Shown in pieces: positions 1 to 9,564 of a stretch of 64,000 bases of DNA (positions within the stretch are counted from its first letter, which is position 1; every line of letters begins with the position of its first letter). This stretch comes from an uncultured Gemmatimonadales bacterium (GTDB taxonomy: Bacteria > Gemmatimonadota > Gemmatimonadetes > Longimicrobiales > RSA9), in NCBI GenBank assembly GCA_963783305.1, contig CAWAMW010000016.1:192001-256000 (forward strand), read 5' to 3'. The notes beneath the pieces were generated by a model that was not told the DNA's origin, did no database searches, and saw only the letters and a list, made by a program, of their open reading frames with translations. The translations under genes were made by a program, and so were the position numbers.

Positions 1-1
1 T

Positions 2-154
2 CTGACGCTGTTCGTACCGTGCGTCGCGCAGTTCCTCATGATGCTGAAGGAGCGGGGCGCGAAGACGGCGTTGGCGATCTTTGCCATCACGGTGCCGTTC
101 GCCTTCGGTGTGGGCGCCGGGCTGAACGTCGTGTTGAGGGGGCTGGGATGGTAA
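2..154 (+). CDS. feoB: Ferrous iron transporter FeoB, C-terminal end (runs off window start)
   Basis: Frame 2 reads LTLFVPCVAQFLMMLKERGAKTALAIFAITVPFAFGVGAGLNVVLRGLGW*, matching the FeoB C-terminal LFxPC...KExG motif. feoA lies two genes downstream. Confidence 0.8.
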   Translation: MTLFVPCVAQFLMMLKERGAKTALAIFAITVPFAFGVGAGLNVVLRGLGW

Positions 155-351
155 GCGTGGGGTCGGTGGCGGGGGAGACCGCGACCTGCGGGTTCTGCGG
201 CTCGGAGTTCCGGGAGGATCGGAGCCAGGCGACCTGCCAGGCGTGCCCGCTCAGCACGGCGTGCGGGCTCGTCCGCTGCCCGAACTGCGGGTACGAGAAC
301 CCGCGATCCCCGGCGTGGGTGACCCGGATCAAGAAATGGGTGGGCGCATGA
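148..351 (+). CDS. Small Cys-rich metal-binding protein in feo operon (67 aa)
   Basis: CGFC...CQAC...C...CPNC. The ATG overlaps the end of feoB and the stop overlaps the feoA ATG (ATGA). Confidence 0.75.
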   Translation: MVSVGSVAGETATCGFCGSEFREDRSQATCQACPLSTACGLVRCPNCGYENPRSPAWVTRIKKWVGA

Positions 352-689
352 CGATCGTCGAGCGGCTGCGGTACCGGCTCCGGGGCGTGGCCGGCTGGAA
401 GGACGCATGTGAAGCGGGCGCTCCCGTCCCTCACGGGGAGGGGTGCAGCGACCTGGACTGCAACTCCATTCGCCTCACGGGTCTCGGTCGGGGCGCGCGG
501 GGTGCGGTGAGCTGTCTCGAGAAGCCCGGCACGACGGAGAGCGCGAAGCTGGCCGGTCTCGGCATCCTCCCGGGGGTCCGCATCCGCGTCGTGCAGCAGA
601 GGCCGTCCTGGGTGCTGAAGGTCGGGCGCACGGAGATCGCCCTGGACGACGAGCTCGCCGGCCGGATCCGCGTGGTTCAGGACGAATAG
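348..689 (+). CDS. feoA: FeoA family protein
   Basis: KLAGLGILPGVRIRVVQQRPSWVLKVGRTEIALDDELAGRIRV is the FeoA SH3-like signature. ATGA coupling at 348. Confidence 0.88.
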   Translation: MTIVERLRYRLRGVAGWKDACEAGAPVPHGEGCSDLDCNSIRLTGLGRGARGAVSCLEKPGTTESAKLAGLGILPGVRIRVVQQRPSWVLKVGRTEIALDDELAGRIRVVQDE

Positions 690-700
690 GCGCGGAGGCG

Positions 701-1144
701 TCAGGCCTCGGCCGACCCCGGGGGTGGGCGGAACGACCGTCGGCCACCGCCCAGATCAGAGATCGAGTCCCGCAGCTCACGCAGCTCGTCGTCCGTCAGC
801 TCCCCGATTTCACCCTCCGGGAACCGGACGATCCCCGCCCAGGTCTCGGTCGAGTCGAAGACCAGGTGGCGCTCGCACAGCGGGAACTCGTAGGGCGTAC
901 CCGGCCCCACCAGCGCGATCCGCCATTGGATCCCGACCTCATCCGTCCAGAGTCGCAGCTCCGGCTCCCGTGCGAGCGCCACCATCGCCTGGTCGTCCAT
1001 ATCCCGCCAGCTGAACGGCAGCCGGCGCCGCATGGAGTCCTCGGGGCGCTTGGCATTCGACAGGTACAGGTGCTCGGTGCCGCGTGCGTCCTGCTCGACG
1101 CGCGCGTACCAGCGCTGTGATGCCAGTCGAATGAGGCGTTGCAT
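701..1144 (-). CDS. Hypothetical protein (147 aa)
   Basis: ATG at 1144 preceded by GGGAGG. Protein-like composition (LWTDEVGIQWRI...LVFDS...GELTDDELRELRD). Confidence 0.7.
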   Translation of the reverse strand: MQRLIRLASQRWYARVEQDARGTEHLYLSNAKRPEDSMRRRLPFSWRDMDDQAMVALAREPELRLWTDEVGIQWRIALVGPGTPYEFPLCERHLVFDSTETWAGIVRFPEGEIGELTDDELRELRDSISDLGGGRRSFRPPPGSAEA

Positions 1145-1246
1145 GGTAAACCTCCCGTCCAAGTACAGTCGAGCGTGTCGTTTTAGAGTGGCAACATCCG
1201 TTCCTTGCGCACGCGCGCGCACGCGCGAACGGCGACTGTGGCAAAC

Positions 1247-1261
1247 CGGCGCGTTTCTTGC
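1247..1261 (+). promoter_or_regulatory. Possible sigma-54 (-24/-12) promoter for the DUF4956-ppk operon
   Basis: CGGCGCGTTTCTTGC has GG-N10-GC spacing with TTGC, 45 nt upstream of the GTG start at 1306. Confidence 0.35.
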
Positions 1262-1305
1262 CCGCCCCTGTGTCCGTCCTAAGCGCGCACAGGAGAAGAG
1301 TTACG

Positions 1306-2361
1306 GTGACGGAGCAGGAGCAAAAAGGGGGGCGCGAGTCGCGGCCCGCCGGAGCGGGCGGCGCGGCATCCGGCCGCGGAGGTGGCTGGTTCGGATTCGG
1401 GGACGACCGCCGTCGTCACGCGAGCCGAACCCGGTCGATCCCCATCTTCCGGGTGCTGGGCTATTACGTGCTGCTGTCGCTCGTGGCGTGGACGCTGATG
1501 CGGTATTTCCCGGCATTGCGGGAGGCTTTCCTGGCGCCGCTGGGCGGGCTGGGCAAGGTGGACAACCCGCTGGATCCGAGTGTGTCCGACGTGTTCACGG
1601 GGGTCCGTGGCAGCCTCCATCGGACCTTGACCATGGGCCTGGTGGTGTTGGGAGCGCTGCTCCTCGTGCTACCCATCGCATGGGTGTACACGTTCGCTCA
1701 GCGGCTGCGCTACGACCGGTCGCTGGTCCACTCGCTCATCATGCTCCCGCCCGTGGTGGCGGGGGCGGTCATGGTGGTGAAGAACAGTCTGGCACTGTCG
1801 TTCAGCCTGGCGGGGATCGTGGCCGCGGTCCGGTTCCGTACCACGGTGAAGGACCCCAAGGACGCGGTGCACGTCTTCTCGGTCATGGTCATAGGGCTCG
1901 CGGCCGGGGTCCAGGCGCTCGATATCGCCATGCTGCTGTCGGCCACGTTCGCCATGGTGGTGCTCCTGCTGTGGAAGTACGACATCGAGGCGTACGCCAA
2001 CGACGACACGGAGCTCCTGAGCGTGGGGGATACGGCGCTCATGCTGGCGGCGACGCCCGGGGGTCGTGAGCGGGTGCAGGACCGGATGGCGGAACTGGCG
2101 GAAGAGATCAAGACGGACGGCATCCTGCTGATCCACACCACGGATCCTGGCTCCGCGCGCCAGGTGGCGGAGGTGGTGCTGAGTGAGGTGGCCAAGCGGT
2201 GGATCTTCAAGGACCCGCCCCGCGGCCGCAATGGAGTCTATACGCTGGAGGCGGTGGTGCGGCTGAGGAAGAAGAAGACGCCGGTGGACCTGCTTGGAGA
2301 GCTCGAGGACCGGTGGTCGCCTACGGTGGCCGCGGCCGAGTTCGTACCGTATCCGGTGTGA
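1306..2361 (+). CDS. DUF4956 domain membrane protein
   Basis: Multi-TM protein with LAGIVAAVRFRTTVKDPKDAVHVFSVMVIGLAAG, the DUF4956 motif. AGGAG precedes the GTG at 1306. The stop overlaps the next ATG (TGATG). Confidence 0.82.
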   Translation: MTEQEQKGGRESRPAGAGGAASGRGGGWFGFGDDRRRHASRTRSIPIFRVLGYYVLLSLVAWTLMRYFPALREAFLAPLGGLGKVDNPLDPSVSDVFTGVRGSLHRTLTMGLVVLGALLLVLPIAWVYTFAQRLRYDRSLVHSLIMLPPVVAGAVMVVKNSLALSFSLAGIVAAVRFRTTVKDPKDAVHVFSVMVIGLAAGVQALDIAMLLSATFAMVVLLLWKYDIEAYANDDTELLSVGDTALMLAATPGGRERVQDRMAELAEEIKTDGILLIHTTDPGSARQVAEVVLSEVAKRWIFKDPPRGRNGVYTLEAVVRLRKKKTPVDLLGELEDRWSPTVAAAEFVPYPV

Positions 2362-5300
2362 TGGCGAGCGGGAACGAAGCAGTGCGGCCGATACGGTTCG
2401 AGGTGCCGGACGCCGAGGTCATGGATCGACTCCTGGCCGCGCCGATCGCCCTGCCGGTGCGGGACGAAACGCCCACCATGGAGGTGTTTCGGGATGTCTA
2501 TTTCGATACGCCCGGCGGCGAGCTGGACCTGAAGCCTGCCCGCGTTCGGATCCGGCACCATGCGGACGGCCGCCGCACGCTCCTGATCGACGTGCGGGAA
2601 CGGCAGGGGGCCGCGCCCGCGAGGCACCAGGCCGAGGCCGCCGTGGAGAGCATGGACTCGGAGAGCGAGCCAGAGGCCATCTTCCACGGCGATTCCGAGC
2701 CGGCTCGCCTGCTCCGCGCCCTCATCGACCCGGCGCGCCTGGAAGTGGCGTTCGAGGTGGAGACGCTGCGGCGGCTCCGGACGGTCCGTCTCGAGGACGG
2801 TGGGTCGCTGGAGCTGGCGTATGACACGCTGGTGATCCGGCGAGACGAGCTTTCCGGCACGCTCTGGGAGATCACGGTGCGGGCACCGGAAGGCACGCAG
2901 CTCGACCCGCTGGTTCAGTCGATGGAGCAGGAGGCCGGCGTCCGGATCACGCTGTCGGAGCCCGCGCGCAGGGTCCGAGAGTTCCTGGATGACGCGGAGA
3001 TGGTGGCGCTGGAGCGGGCGGTGCGGTCGGCGCGCCAGGTGGCGGTGGTGGCGTATCACCGGGGCCGGATCGCGCTGGCGCGTGAGAGGGGGGGGCTCGG
3101 TGTGCCGCGCGGCGAGGGGAGCGGCGAGCCGGCGTGCCGGAAGGTGATGGGCGCCAGCCTGTCGGAGCGGGGCGGTCGTCTCCGGCTCCTGGGGACGAAT
3201 CCGGGTGGGCCGGGTCGACCGAGCATGGAGGTGTGGCTGGCGGAGGGTGTGAAGCCGGAGGACGCCCACGAGGCGATCGTGTGGGTGCCGCTGGCGGAGA
3301 TTCTCACCACGGTGGGATCCGGCGCAGTTCGGGAGCCGCGCACTCTGGCGGCGCTCGAGGTGGTGGCCCGCTCCGACCTCGCCCCCGTGAGCCTGGATTC
3401 GGACGTGGGGGACCTGGACAGCGGCCACGAGGCGCTGGAGCTCGCGGTCCCCGCCATGCCCGCCGACGCCGAATCCTACGATACCAAGATCCCCCCCGAC
3501 CACCTGCTGAACGCCGAGCTGAGCCGGATCGCGTTCGACGAACGGATCCTGGTCTTCGCCGAAGCCGAGGAGACGCCGCTTCTGGAGCGGCTCCGATTCG
3601 TATCCATGTTCGGAGCGCGTCAGGACGACTTCTTCATGACCCGCGTAGCGGGGTTCAAGGACGAACTGGCTGGTGGCGCGAACCGCCGCACGCTCGACGG
3701 CCTGAACGCCCACGAGCAGCTGGACATCATCGGTGTCCGGGCCCGACAGGTCATGGGACGGGCACAGCGGCTGCTCCGCGACCAGATCCTGCCGGCCCTG
3801 GCCGATCGCGGCATCCGGATCCTGAGCTGGGGCGACCTGAACGACGAGGAGCGGGAGTTCCTCCGGGAGCACTACGCCACGGACGCGGAGGCGGTGCTCA
3901 CGCCCATGGCCGCCGATGCGAGCCATCCGTTCCCGAGGATCCGGAACCTGCGGCCGGCGATCGGCGCCGTGGTTCAGCTGCCAGGCTCGGAGCGGGTCCA
4001 TTTTACGGCCGTGGAGCTGCCGGGCGAGCTGCCGCGCTTCCTCCCGCTCGAGGATGGTCGGCGCTTCGTCCCGCTCGAAGAGCTGGTGCTGGCCCAGCTG
4101 CCAGAGCTCTTTACGGGCCTCAAGGTCGAGAACGCGCACCTCTTCCGGGTCACCCGCAGCGCCAAGACGCAGATCGAGGAGACGCTCGTCGCCGACGTCC
4201 TGCAGGCGGTGAAGGCCGACGTGGCGAACCGACCCTTCCGCGCGCCCGTCCGGCTCGAGGTCGCCGCCGGCATGCCGCGCCCCATCCGGCAGTTGATCCT
4301 GAACGAGCTCCGCTACGAGACGCCCGCGGAGCCCGAGGCGCTGGGTCCCCGGGATGTGTACGTGGTGAATGGGATGATCGACCTGGCGGCGCTGGCCGAG
4401 ATGGCCGATGCCGCGGACGAGGCGGGCGGCACGGATGAGCCCGATGAGTCCGATGAGCCGCTCCGGTTCGCGCCCATGGAGCGGGGCGCGCCGTTCGACC
4501 CCGACCGGCCGGTGTTCGAGCTGCTGGCGGAGGAGGACCGTCTGGTCCACTTCCCCTACGACGACTTCTCGACCACGGCGGAGCGATTCATCCGGGAGGC
4601 CGCCGAGGACCCGGACGTCGTCTCACTGAGGGTGACGCTGTACCGGACCGACAGCAGCTCGGAGATCGTGAAGGCGCTGAGCCGCGCCCGGGAGCTGGGC
4701 AAGGATGCGGTGGCGCTCATCGAGATCAAGGCGTCGTTCGATGAGGAGCAGAACATCGCGTGGGCCAAGTCGCTGTCGGCGGCCGGGATCCACGTGGTCT
4801 TCAGCCCGCTCAGCTACAAGGTGCACGCGAAGGCCGCGCTGGTGGTGCGCCGCGAGGGGGAGCGGCTGCGGCGCTACTCGTACATCGGGACGGGGAACCT
4901 GAACGCCGCCACGGCCCGAAGCTACACCGACGTGGCGCTCCTCACGGCCGACCCGGACCTCGGCGAGGAGCTCCACTCCGTGTTCAACATCCTCACCGGC
5001 TATTCGGCGACGGGAGAGTTCGAGCACCTGCTGGTGTCGCCCTTCAATATGCGGCGCCGGTTCCTGGAGCTGCTGGACCGCGAGATCGAGCACGCCCGCG
5101 CGGGGCGTCCCGCGAAGCTGCGGGGTCAGCTGAACGGGCTCGCCGACCGTCGCATGATCGGGAAGCTCTACGAAGCGTCGCAGGCCGGGGTGGAAGTGGA
5201 CCTGGCCGTGCGGGAGATCTGTGCGCTGCGGCCGGGGGTGCCGGGTCTCTCGGAGAACATCCGGGTCGTCAGCCTCCTGGGTCGGCTGCTCCAGCACGCG

Positions 5301-5570
5301 CGCATCTTCGAGTTCGCAAACGGCGGCGTGGTGGAGTACTACATCGGGTCGGCCGACTGGCGGCCGCGCAACCTGTCGCGGCGGGTGGAGGTGATCACAC
5401 CGGTCCGGCACCCGCCGCTCCAGGCGCGGCTGTCGGATATCCTGGACGGCGTGCTGTACAACGATGCCGCCTGGACCCTGCGTCCGGACGGTTCCCACAC
5501 CCGCGGCCAGCAGGTGGTGGGAGGTGCGGCCGCCCTGGCGCGTGGCAAGCCCAGTAGCAGATCCGGCTAG
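2361..5570 (+). CDS. ppk1: Polyphosphate kinase 1 with N-terminal CYTH-like and degenerate Nudix-like domains (1069 aa)
   Basis: PPK1 motifs: LNAELS, PLLERLRF, HPFP, TLYRT, KVHAK, GTGNLN, GSADWRPRNLSRRVE. The N-terminus has CYTH-like DVYFDTP...RVRIR...EVETLRR...LAYD. Confidence 0.9.
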   Translation: MASGNEAVRPIRFEVPDAEVMDRLLAAPIALPVRDETPTMEVFRDVYFDTPGGELDLKPARVRIRHHADGRRTLLIDVRERQGAAPARHQAEAAVESMDSESEPEAIFHGDSEPARLLRALIDPARLEVAFEVETLRRLRTVRLEDGGSLELAYDTLVIRRDELSGTLWEITVRAPEGTQLDPLVQSMEQEAGVRITLSEPARRVREFLDDAEMVALERAVRSARQVAVVAYHRGRIALARERGGLGVPRGEGSGEPACRKVMGASLSERGGRLRLLGTNPGGPGRPSMEVWLAEGVKPEDAHEAIVWVPLAEILTTVGSGAVREPRTLAALEVVARSDLAPVSLDSDVGDLDSGHEALELAVPAMPADAESYDTKIPPDHLLNAELSRIAFDERILVFAEAEETPLLERLRFVSMFGARQDDFFMTRVAGFKDELAGGANRRTLDGLNAHEQLDIIGVRARQVMGRAQRLLRDQILPALADRGIRILSWGDLNDEEREFLREHYATDAEAVLTPMAADASHPFPRIRNLRPAIGAVVQLPGSERVHFTAVELPGELPRFLPLEDGRRFVPLEELVLAQLPELFTGLKVENAHLFRVTRSAKTQIEETLVADVLQAVKADVANRPFRAPVRLEVAAGMPRPIRQLILNELRYETPAEPEALGPRDVYVVNGMIDLAALAEMADAADEAGGTDEPDESDEPLRFAPMERGAPFDPDRPVFELLAEEDRLVHFPYDDFSTTAERFIREAAEDPDVVSLRVTLYRTDSSSEIVKALSRARELGKDAVALIEIKASFDEEQNIAWAKSLSAAGIHVVFSPLSYKVHAKAALVVRREGERLRRYSYIGTGNLNAATARSYTDVALLTADPDLGEELHSVFNILTGYSATGEFEHLLVSPFNMRRRFLELLDREIEHARAGRPAKLRGQLNGLADRRMIGKLYEASQAGVEVDLAVREICALRPGVPGLSENIRVVSLLGRLLQHARIFEFANGGVVEYYIGSADWRPRNLSRRVEVITPVRHPPLQARLSDILDGVLYNDAAWTLRPDGSHTRGQQVVGGAAALARGKPSSRSG

Positions 5571-6229
5571 CGCCGATCCTGCGTGGGCTCCATCAGCGGC
5601 AGGAATGCCTCGCGCTCGATGTCCAGGGCGAGGACCTGACCGTCCTCGATGATGTAGTGCCAGCCGTGGAGTGACAGCGTGCCCGCCGCCACCCGCTCCT
5701 TCACGAACGGGTAGGTGAACAGTCGGCTCAACTGGAGCGCGACGGAGCGCTGCTCCGTCCGGAGGAGCGTCTCGCGGTCCGGCTCCGGGGCCCCGCCGGC
5801 CGTGTCCTGCGCCCGCACCCACTCGTCGACCCGAGCGGCGTGCCCCAGCTCGAGCCACCGCGTGATGTGGGGCGTCTGCGGGCTCGGCTCGCTGTAGAGC
5901 GCGCGCACGGCGCCGCAATGGCTGTGACCGCACACGACGATATCGGTGACGCCGAGCGTCAGGACCGCGAACTCGATCCCGGCCGCGGTGCCGTGGAAGG
6001 CGCCATCCGGCTCATGGGGCGCCACGAACGCGCCGACGTTCCGGATGATGAACAGCTCCCCGGGCTCGGTGGCCGTGAGCAGGTCGGGGACCACGCGGGA
6101 GTCGGCGCAACCGATGAAGAGCGTGGTCGGCTTCTGGCCGTCGCGCACGAGCCGCTCGTACTGCTCGCGGTAGCGGGGGAACGTGTCCTTCCGGAACCGC
6201 TGCAGGCCCTCGATCAGATGTTCTGGCAT
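5567..6229 (-). CDS. Beta-class carbonic anhydrase
   Basis: GCADSRV, GELFIIRNVG, VCGHSHCGAV (Zn ligands), LHGWHY. Confidence 0.95.
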   Translation of the reverse strand: MPEHLIEGLQRFRKDTFPRYREQYERLVRDGQKPTTLFIGCADSRVVPDLLTATEPGELFIIRNVGAFVAPHEPDGAFHGTAAGIEFAVLTLGVTDIVVCGHSHCGAVRALYSEPSPQTPHITRWLELGHAARVDEWVRAQDTAGGAPEPDRETLLRTEQRSVALQLSRLFTYPFVKERVAAGTLSLHGWHYIIEDGQVLALDIEREAFLPLMEPTQDRR

Positions 6230-6248
6230 TCCGGTATGCGTCCTCTGC

Positions 6249-8180
6249 TCATGAGTCGAGTGATCGCAGGCTTTCGGCGGCGGCCGCCATCAGTGCGCGC
6301 ACGAATCCCGCCACGTGATCCGGGCCGTCCTCGTCGGCGAGGAAGGGGTCCATGACGGTGGAGCGCAGCACGACGAGCCCCGCCGCCCCGCTCTCCTGCC
6401 ATTCCGCGGTGCCGATCCCGACCTGGTCCAGGAGCGGGTCGATGGCGCCGTCGTACATGGGGGTCTGGAAGCGGGTGCGGGTGATGATGTAGTCCGGTGC
6501 AGCGCCGGGCCGGGTCAGGCTCATGCGCTCGTAGATCCCCTCGTTCAGGTCGTTCAGCGCCGCCAGGCTGCGGATCTCCGGGTGCGTGATCACGCAGCAG
6601 ACGATGTTGATGTCGGGCTCCGGGAGCCGTACGATCCGGAACGGCTGGAAGTCCGCGTCTCCGAGCGCGGTGTGGAGAACGCGCGCGCCCATGACGGTGC
6701 GTTCGACGAGCCGGCCGTGGCCGCGCTCGTCCAGCGGCAGGACCTTGTGGCTGAGCCAGATGGCGGCCGCCGCGGCGCCCGGCTTCGAACCCTCGAAGAT
6801 GAAGCGGCCCAGGAACAGGTCCTCGGCGGAGTCGAGGCCGCGCGTGGGCAGGAGGTATGGCGGGTCGATGGCCACGAGCTCACGCACCCGCTTATCCCGC
6901 AGCAGGATGGCGCCGGCCGGGTAGGGTATGTAGCCGAGCTTGTGCGGGTCGATGGTGACGGAGTCGGCGCGCTCCAGCGCCGTCATGGAGCGGACCCATT
7001 CGTCCGACGGCCAGTCGGTCCCCGTAGACGCGCGGATCGCCGACCCGGGCCGCCGTTCGCCCCGCTCGTTCCATGTCACGGCCGCGGCATAGCCGCCATA
7101 GGCTGCATCGGAATGCACGTGGAAGCTGACGCCGAGCTCATCGCGCGCCCGCTGCCGCACGTCCAGCACGTGGTCGAGCCGGTCCACGGCGCTCTCCTCC
7201 GTCGTGCCGCAGACGCTCACGCACGACAGGATGGGCACCCGCTCCTCCGCCAGACCCCGCACCGTCTCCCAGAGCGCGTCGGGGTCCATCCGGTAGTGGG
7301 AGTCCACGGGGATGTAGCGGAGCTGGTTGGAGCCGATTCCCAGCGCGCGGACGATTTTCTCCCAGGAGTAGTGGGCCGTGGCGGCGACCAGCACCACGCC
7401 GGGGGCGAGCGGATCGCCGTAGGCGTCCGCGAGCCGGCGGCCGTAGTCCTGGTAGCCGACGGTCTGAAGCGAATGGTCGTGCAGCGCCCGATGGATCGCC
7501 GGGCGGTCGCCGGCACTCCAGAGCTCGTCCCACAGGTCCAGCGCGGCCGCGCACGGAATGTTCAGCAGCTGCCAGAGGTCCAGTTCCGCGAGCCGGGCGC
7601 GGCCGCCCCGGGGCAGCTCCACCGACAGGTCGAGCCCCAGCTCGTCGCCCGCGCCGGCCGCGGCCACGGGGAGGTAGAGCACGTTGCGGGCGATCCAGAG
7701 CGCCTCGAAGTTGGCCACGGTCCCACCCGAGGTCACGTGGCCCCAGCTCGTGTCCTGGTCGTAGCCGATCATCCCGGCCAGCTGGCGTGCGACCTGGAGC
7801 TCCAGGCGCGTGGTGACCGGCGACCCCTCGATGGCCACGTTGTTCGGGTTGAACAGCATGGCCGCGAAGTAGCCCACCTGGCTGGCGATCGTCTGCTCGT
7901 AGTTCATGTGGCCCTTGTAGCGGCCACTGAAGAACGGTACCCCCCGCTTCAGCTCCGCCAGCAGCCCCATGAGCTCCTGTGTCAGCGTGGCGACCGCGTC
8001 GTCGTAGCCGGCCGCCCGCTTGTCCGTCTCCCGGATGGTGAAGCCGTCCTCCGGGTGGTAGTTGCGGCGCCAGAAGACGTGGTCGCGCAGCGCCTCCGTG
8101 ACCAGGCGCTCCAGTAGCTCTGCGTTCTCCGCGCGCGGCCCCAGAAAGGTACCGCGCAGCGCTTCATCGGATCGTGTCAT
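6249..8180 (-). CDS. Group II PLP-dependent amino acid decarboxylase (tyrosine decarboxylase-like)
   Basis: FLGPRAEN, GHVTSGGTVANFEALW, HYSWEK, HSDAAYGGY, SVTIDPHKLGYIPY (PLP lysine), EGSKPGA. Confidence 0.9.
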   Translation of the reverse strand: MTRSDEALRGTFLGPRAENAELLERLVTEALRDHVFWRRNYHPEDGFTIRETDKRAAGYDDAVATLTQELMGLLAELKRGVPFFSGRYKGHMNYEQTIASQVGYFAAMLFNPNNVAIEGSPVTTRLELQVARQLAGMIGYDQDTSWGHVTSGGTVANFEALWIARNVLYLPVAAAGAGDELGLDLSVELPRGGRARLAELDLWQLLNIPCAAALDLWDELWSAGDRPAIHRALHDHSLQTVGYQDYGRRLADAYGDPLAPGVVLVAATAHYSWEKIVRALGIGSNQLRYIPVDSHYRMDPDALWETVRGLAEERVPILSCVSVCGTTEESAVDRLDHVLDVRQRARDELGVSFHVHSDAAYGGYAAAVTWNERGERRPGSAIRASTGTDWPSDEWVRSMTALERADSVTIDPHKLGYIPYPAGAILLRDKRVRELVAIDPPYLLPTRGLDSAEDLFLGRFIFEGSKPGAAAAAIWLSHKVLPLDERGHGRLVERTVMGARVLHTALGDADFQPFRIVRLPEPDINIVCCVITHPEIRSLAALNDLNEGIYERMSLTRPGAAPDYIITRTRFQTPMYDGAIDPLLDQVGIGTAEWQESGAAGLVVLRSTVMDPFLADEDGPDHVAGFVRALMAAAAESLRSLDS

Positions 8181-8294
8181 GGGGCCTCTGTCGATTCGGT
8201 TTCCAGCGCGGACGGTGGCGGACGCGGGCGGGAGGGGCAAGGGCGGGTGGCAAGGGCGGGGGGGCGGTGTGGCCCCGGCGGTGGGTTCCGGACT

Positions 8295-9557
8295 CTAGAC
8301 CTGGCTGGCGGCGCGCATGCCCGAGTCGTACGCCCCCCGCACGGTCCCCATGAACTCGCTGGTGGCCTCCCCGGCGTAATGGACGGGACCGGTGGGTCGA
8401 GCCAGCTGGCGCTGGGCGTCCGCGCCGCCCACGACGGCATGGCAATAGGCGCCGCGAGTGAACGGGTCGGCGATCCAGTCGTGGAAGCCCACCTCCTGGA
8501 GCTCTTCCCGTATCGAGTCCCGGTCCACGCCGAACCCGCGCGCCAACTGATCGATCGCCAGCCGCGCCAGCTCCTCCGCGCCGCGTCCCGTCAGGCGGCG
8601 CGCCGCGGGGCCACCCGCCCAGGCGACCAGTGTAGGGGCGAGGAGGGTTGCGGGCGTCCAGAAGGTGGGGAAGGGCCCGTCGCACTCGATGAACTTGGCT
8701 TCCCGCGGCTCTACCCCGGACTCCTCCAGCCACGGCCACCAGAAAGGGCGACCGAAACGTAGCCCCACTTTCACGACCGGCCCCATCCGGAGGCGACGGA
8801 TCGCGTCCCGCTTCCAGTCGGGCAACGGGTCAATGGCCAGGTCGGCCAGGAGGGGAGGCGGCAGCGTCAGGATCAGAGACCGGGCGCGAATCTGGACGGC
8901 GTCCGCGTCGCCAGCGGCCCGACGGGCGCGGATCTCGACGCCGGCGTCCCGCCCCGAAACGCTCTCCGCGACCACACCCGTGCGGAGGACTCCGGTGGGA
9001 AGTCGGTCGGCCAGGGCCGCGGGAAGGCGGTCGAGGCCCTCCACGACGTGCACCTGGTCGCCTCCGCCCCCGCCTTCGTCGGTCGCCTCAACGGCGGCGA
9101 CCCAGCGGGCGCTTACCTCGTCGGCCGGAGCGGCGTGGTATCCCTCCACGTAGCTCCGGAGCCAGTCCGCGGCGGGGGGCTGCGCCCGGTTCAGAGCGTC
9201 GGCCAGGCTGATGTCCTCCGAGCCCGGCGGCGGAGCGATCCGCTGGAGAGCGCCCAGCTCCTCAGGACCACGCTCCATGGGAACCACACGTCCGGCGCTC
9301 AGGCGGCAGAACCCGGACGCCGCGGGCCAGAAGGACGCACCGGTGGTCCGCAGATGCGCCACCGTCTCGTGGTCGGCGGGAAGGAACTCGGGGCCAAGCT
9401 CCAGCGGAGGGCTGCCCGCGCGGGTGAGGATGCGGCCCCCGACACGGTCCCGCGCCTCCAGGACGAGCACGTCCCGCCCGGCGTCCGCGAGACGCGCCGC
9501 GGCGGCGAGGCCGGCCACACCGGCGCCCACCACCACGATGTCGTGGTGCTCGGTCAC
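8295..9557 (-). CDS. Flavin monoamine oxidase family protein
   Basis: VVGAGVAGLAAA...VLEARDRVGGRI FAD-binding motif; DWIADPFTRGAY; YAGEAT...GTVRGAYDSG. Confidence 0.9.
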   Translation of the reverse strand: MTEHHDIVVVGAGVAGLAAAARLADAGRDVLVLEARDRVGGRILTRAGSPPLELGPEFLPADHETVAHLRTTGASFWPAASGFCRLSAGRVVPMERGPEELGALQRIAPPPGSEDISLADALNRAQPPAADWLRSYVEGYHAAPADEVSARWVAAVEATDEGGGGGDQVHVVEGLDRLPAALADRLPTGVLRTGVVAESVSGRDAGVEIRARRAAGDADAVQIRARSLILTLPPPLLADLAIDPLPDWKRDAIRRLRMGPVVKVGLRFGRPFWWPWLEESGVEPREAKFIECDGPFPTFWTPATLLAPTLVAWAGGPAARRLTGRGAEELARLAIDQLARGFGVDRDSIREELQEVGFHDWIADPFTRGAYCHAVVGGADAQRQLARPTGPVHYAGEATSEFMGTVRGAYDSGMRAASQV

Positions 9558-9564
9558 GCCGGCG

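Noticed and set aside
4434..4460. 9-bp repeat encoding DEPDESDEP in ppk1
   Set aside because: Trivial linker expansion.
2238..4550. 770-aa antisense ORF and many similar long overlapping ORFs (e.g. 35616-38507, 42007-45546, 59744-61831)
   Set aside because: Shadow ORFs of high-GC genes: they lie opposite or out of frame to motif-bearing CDSs and have no recognisable motifs.
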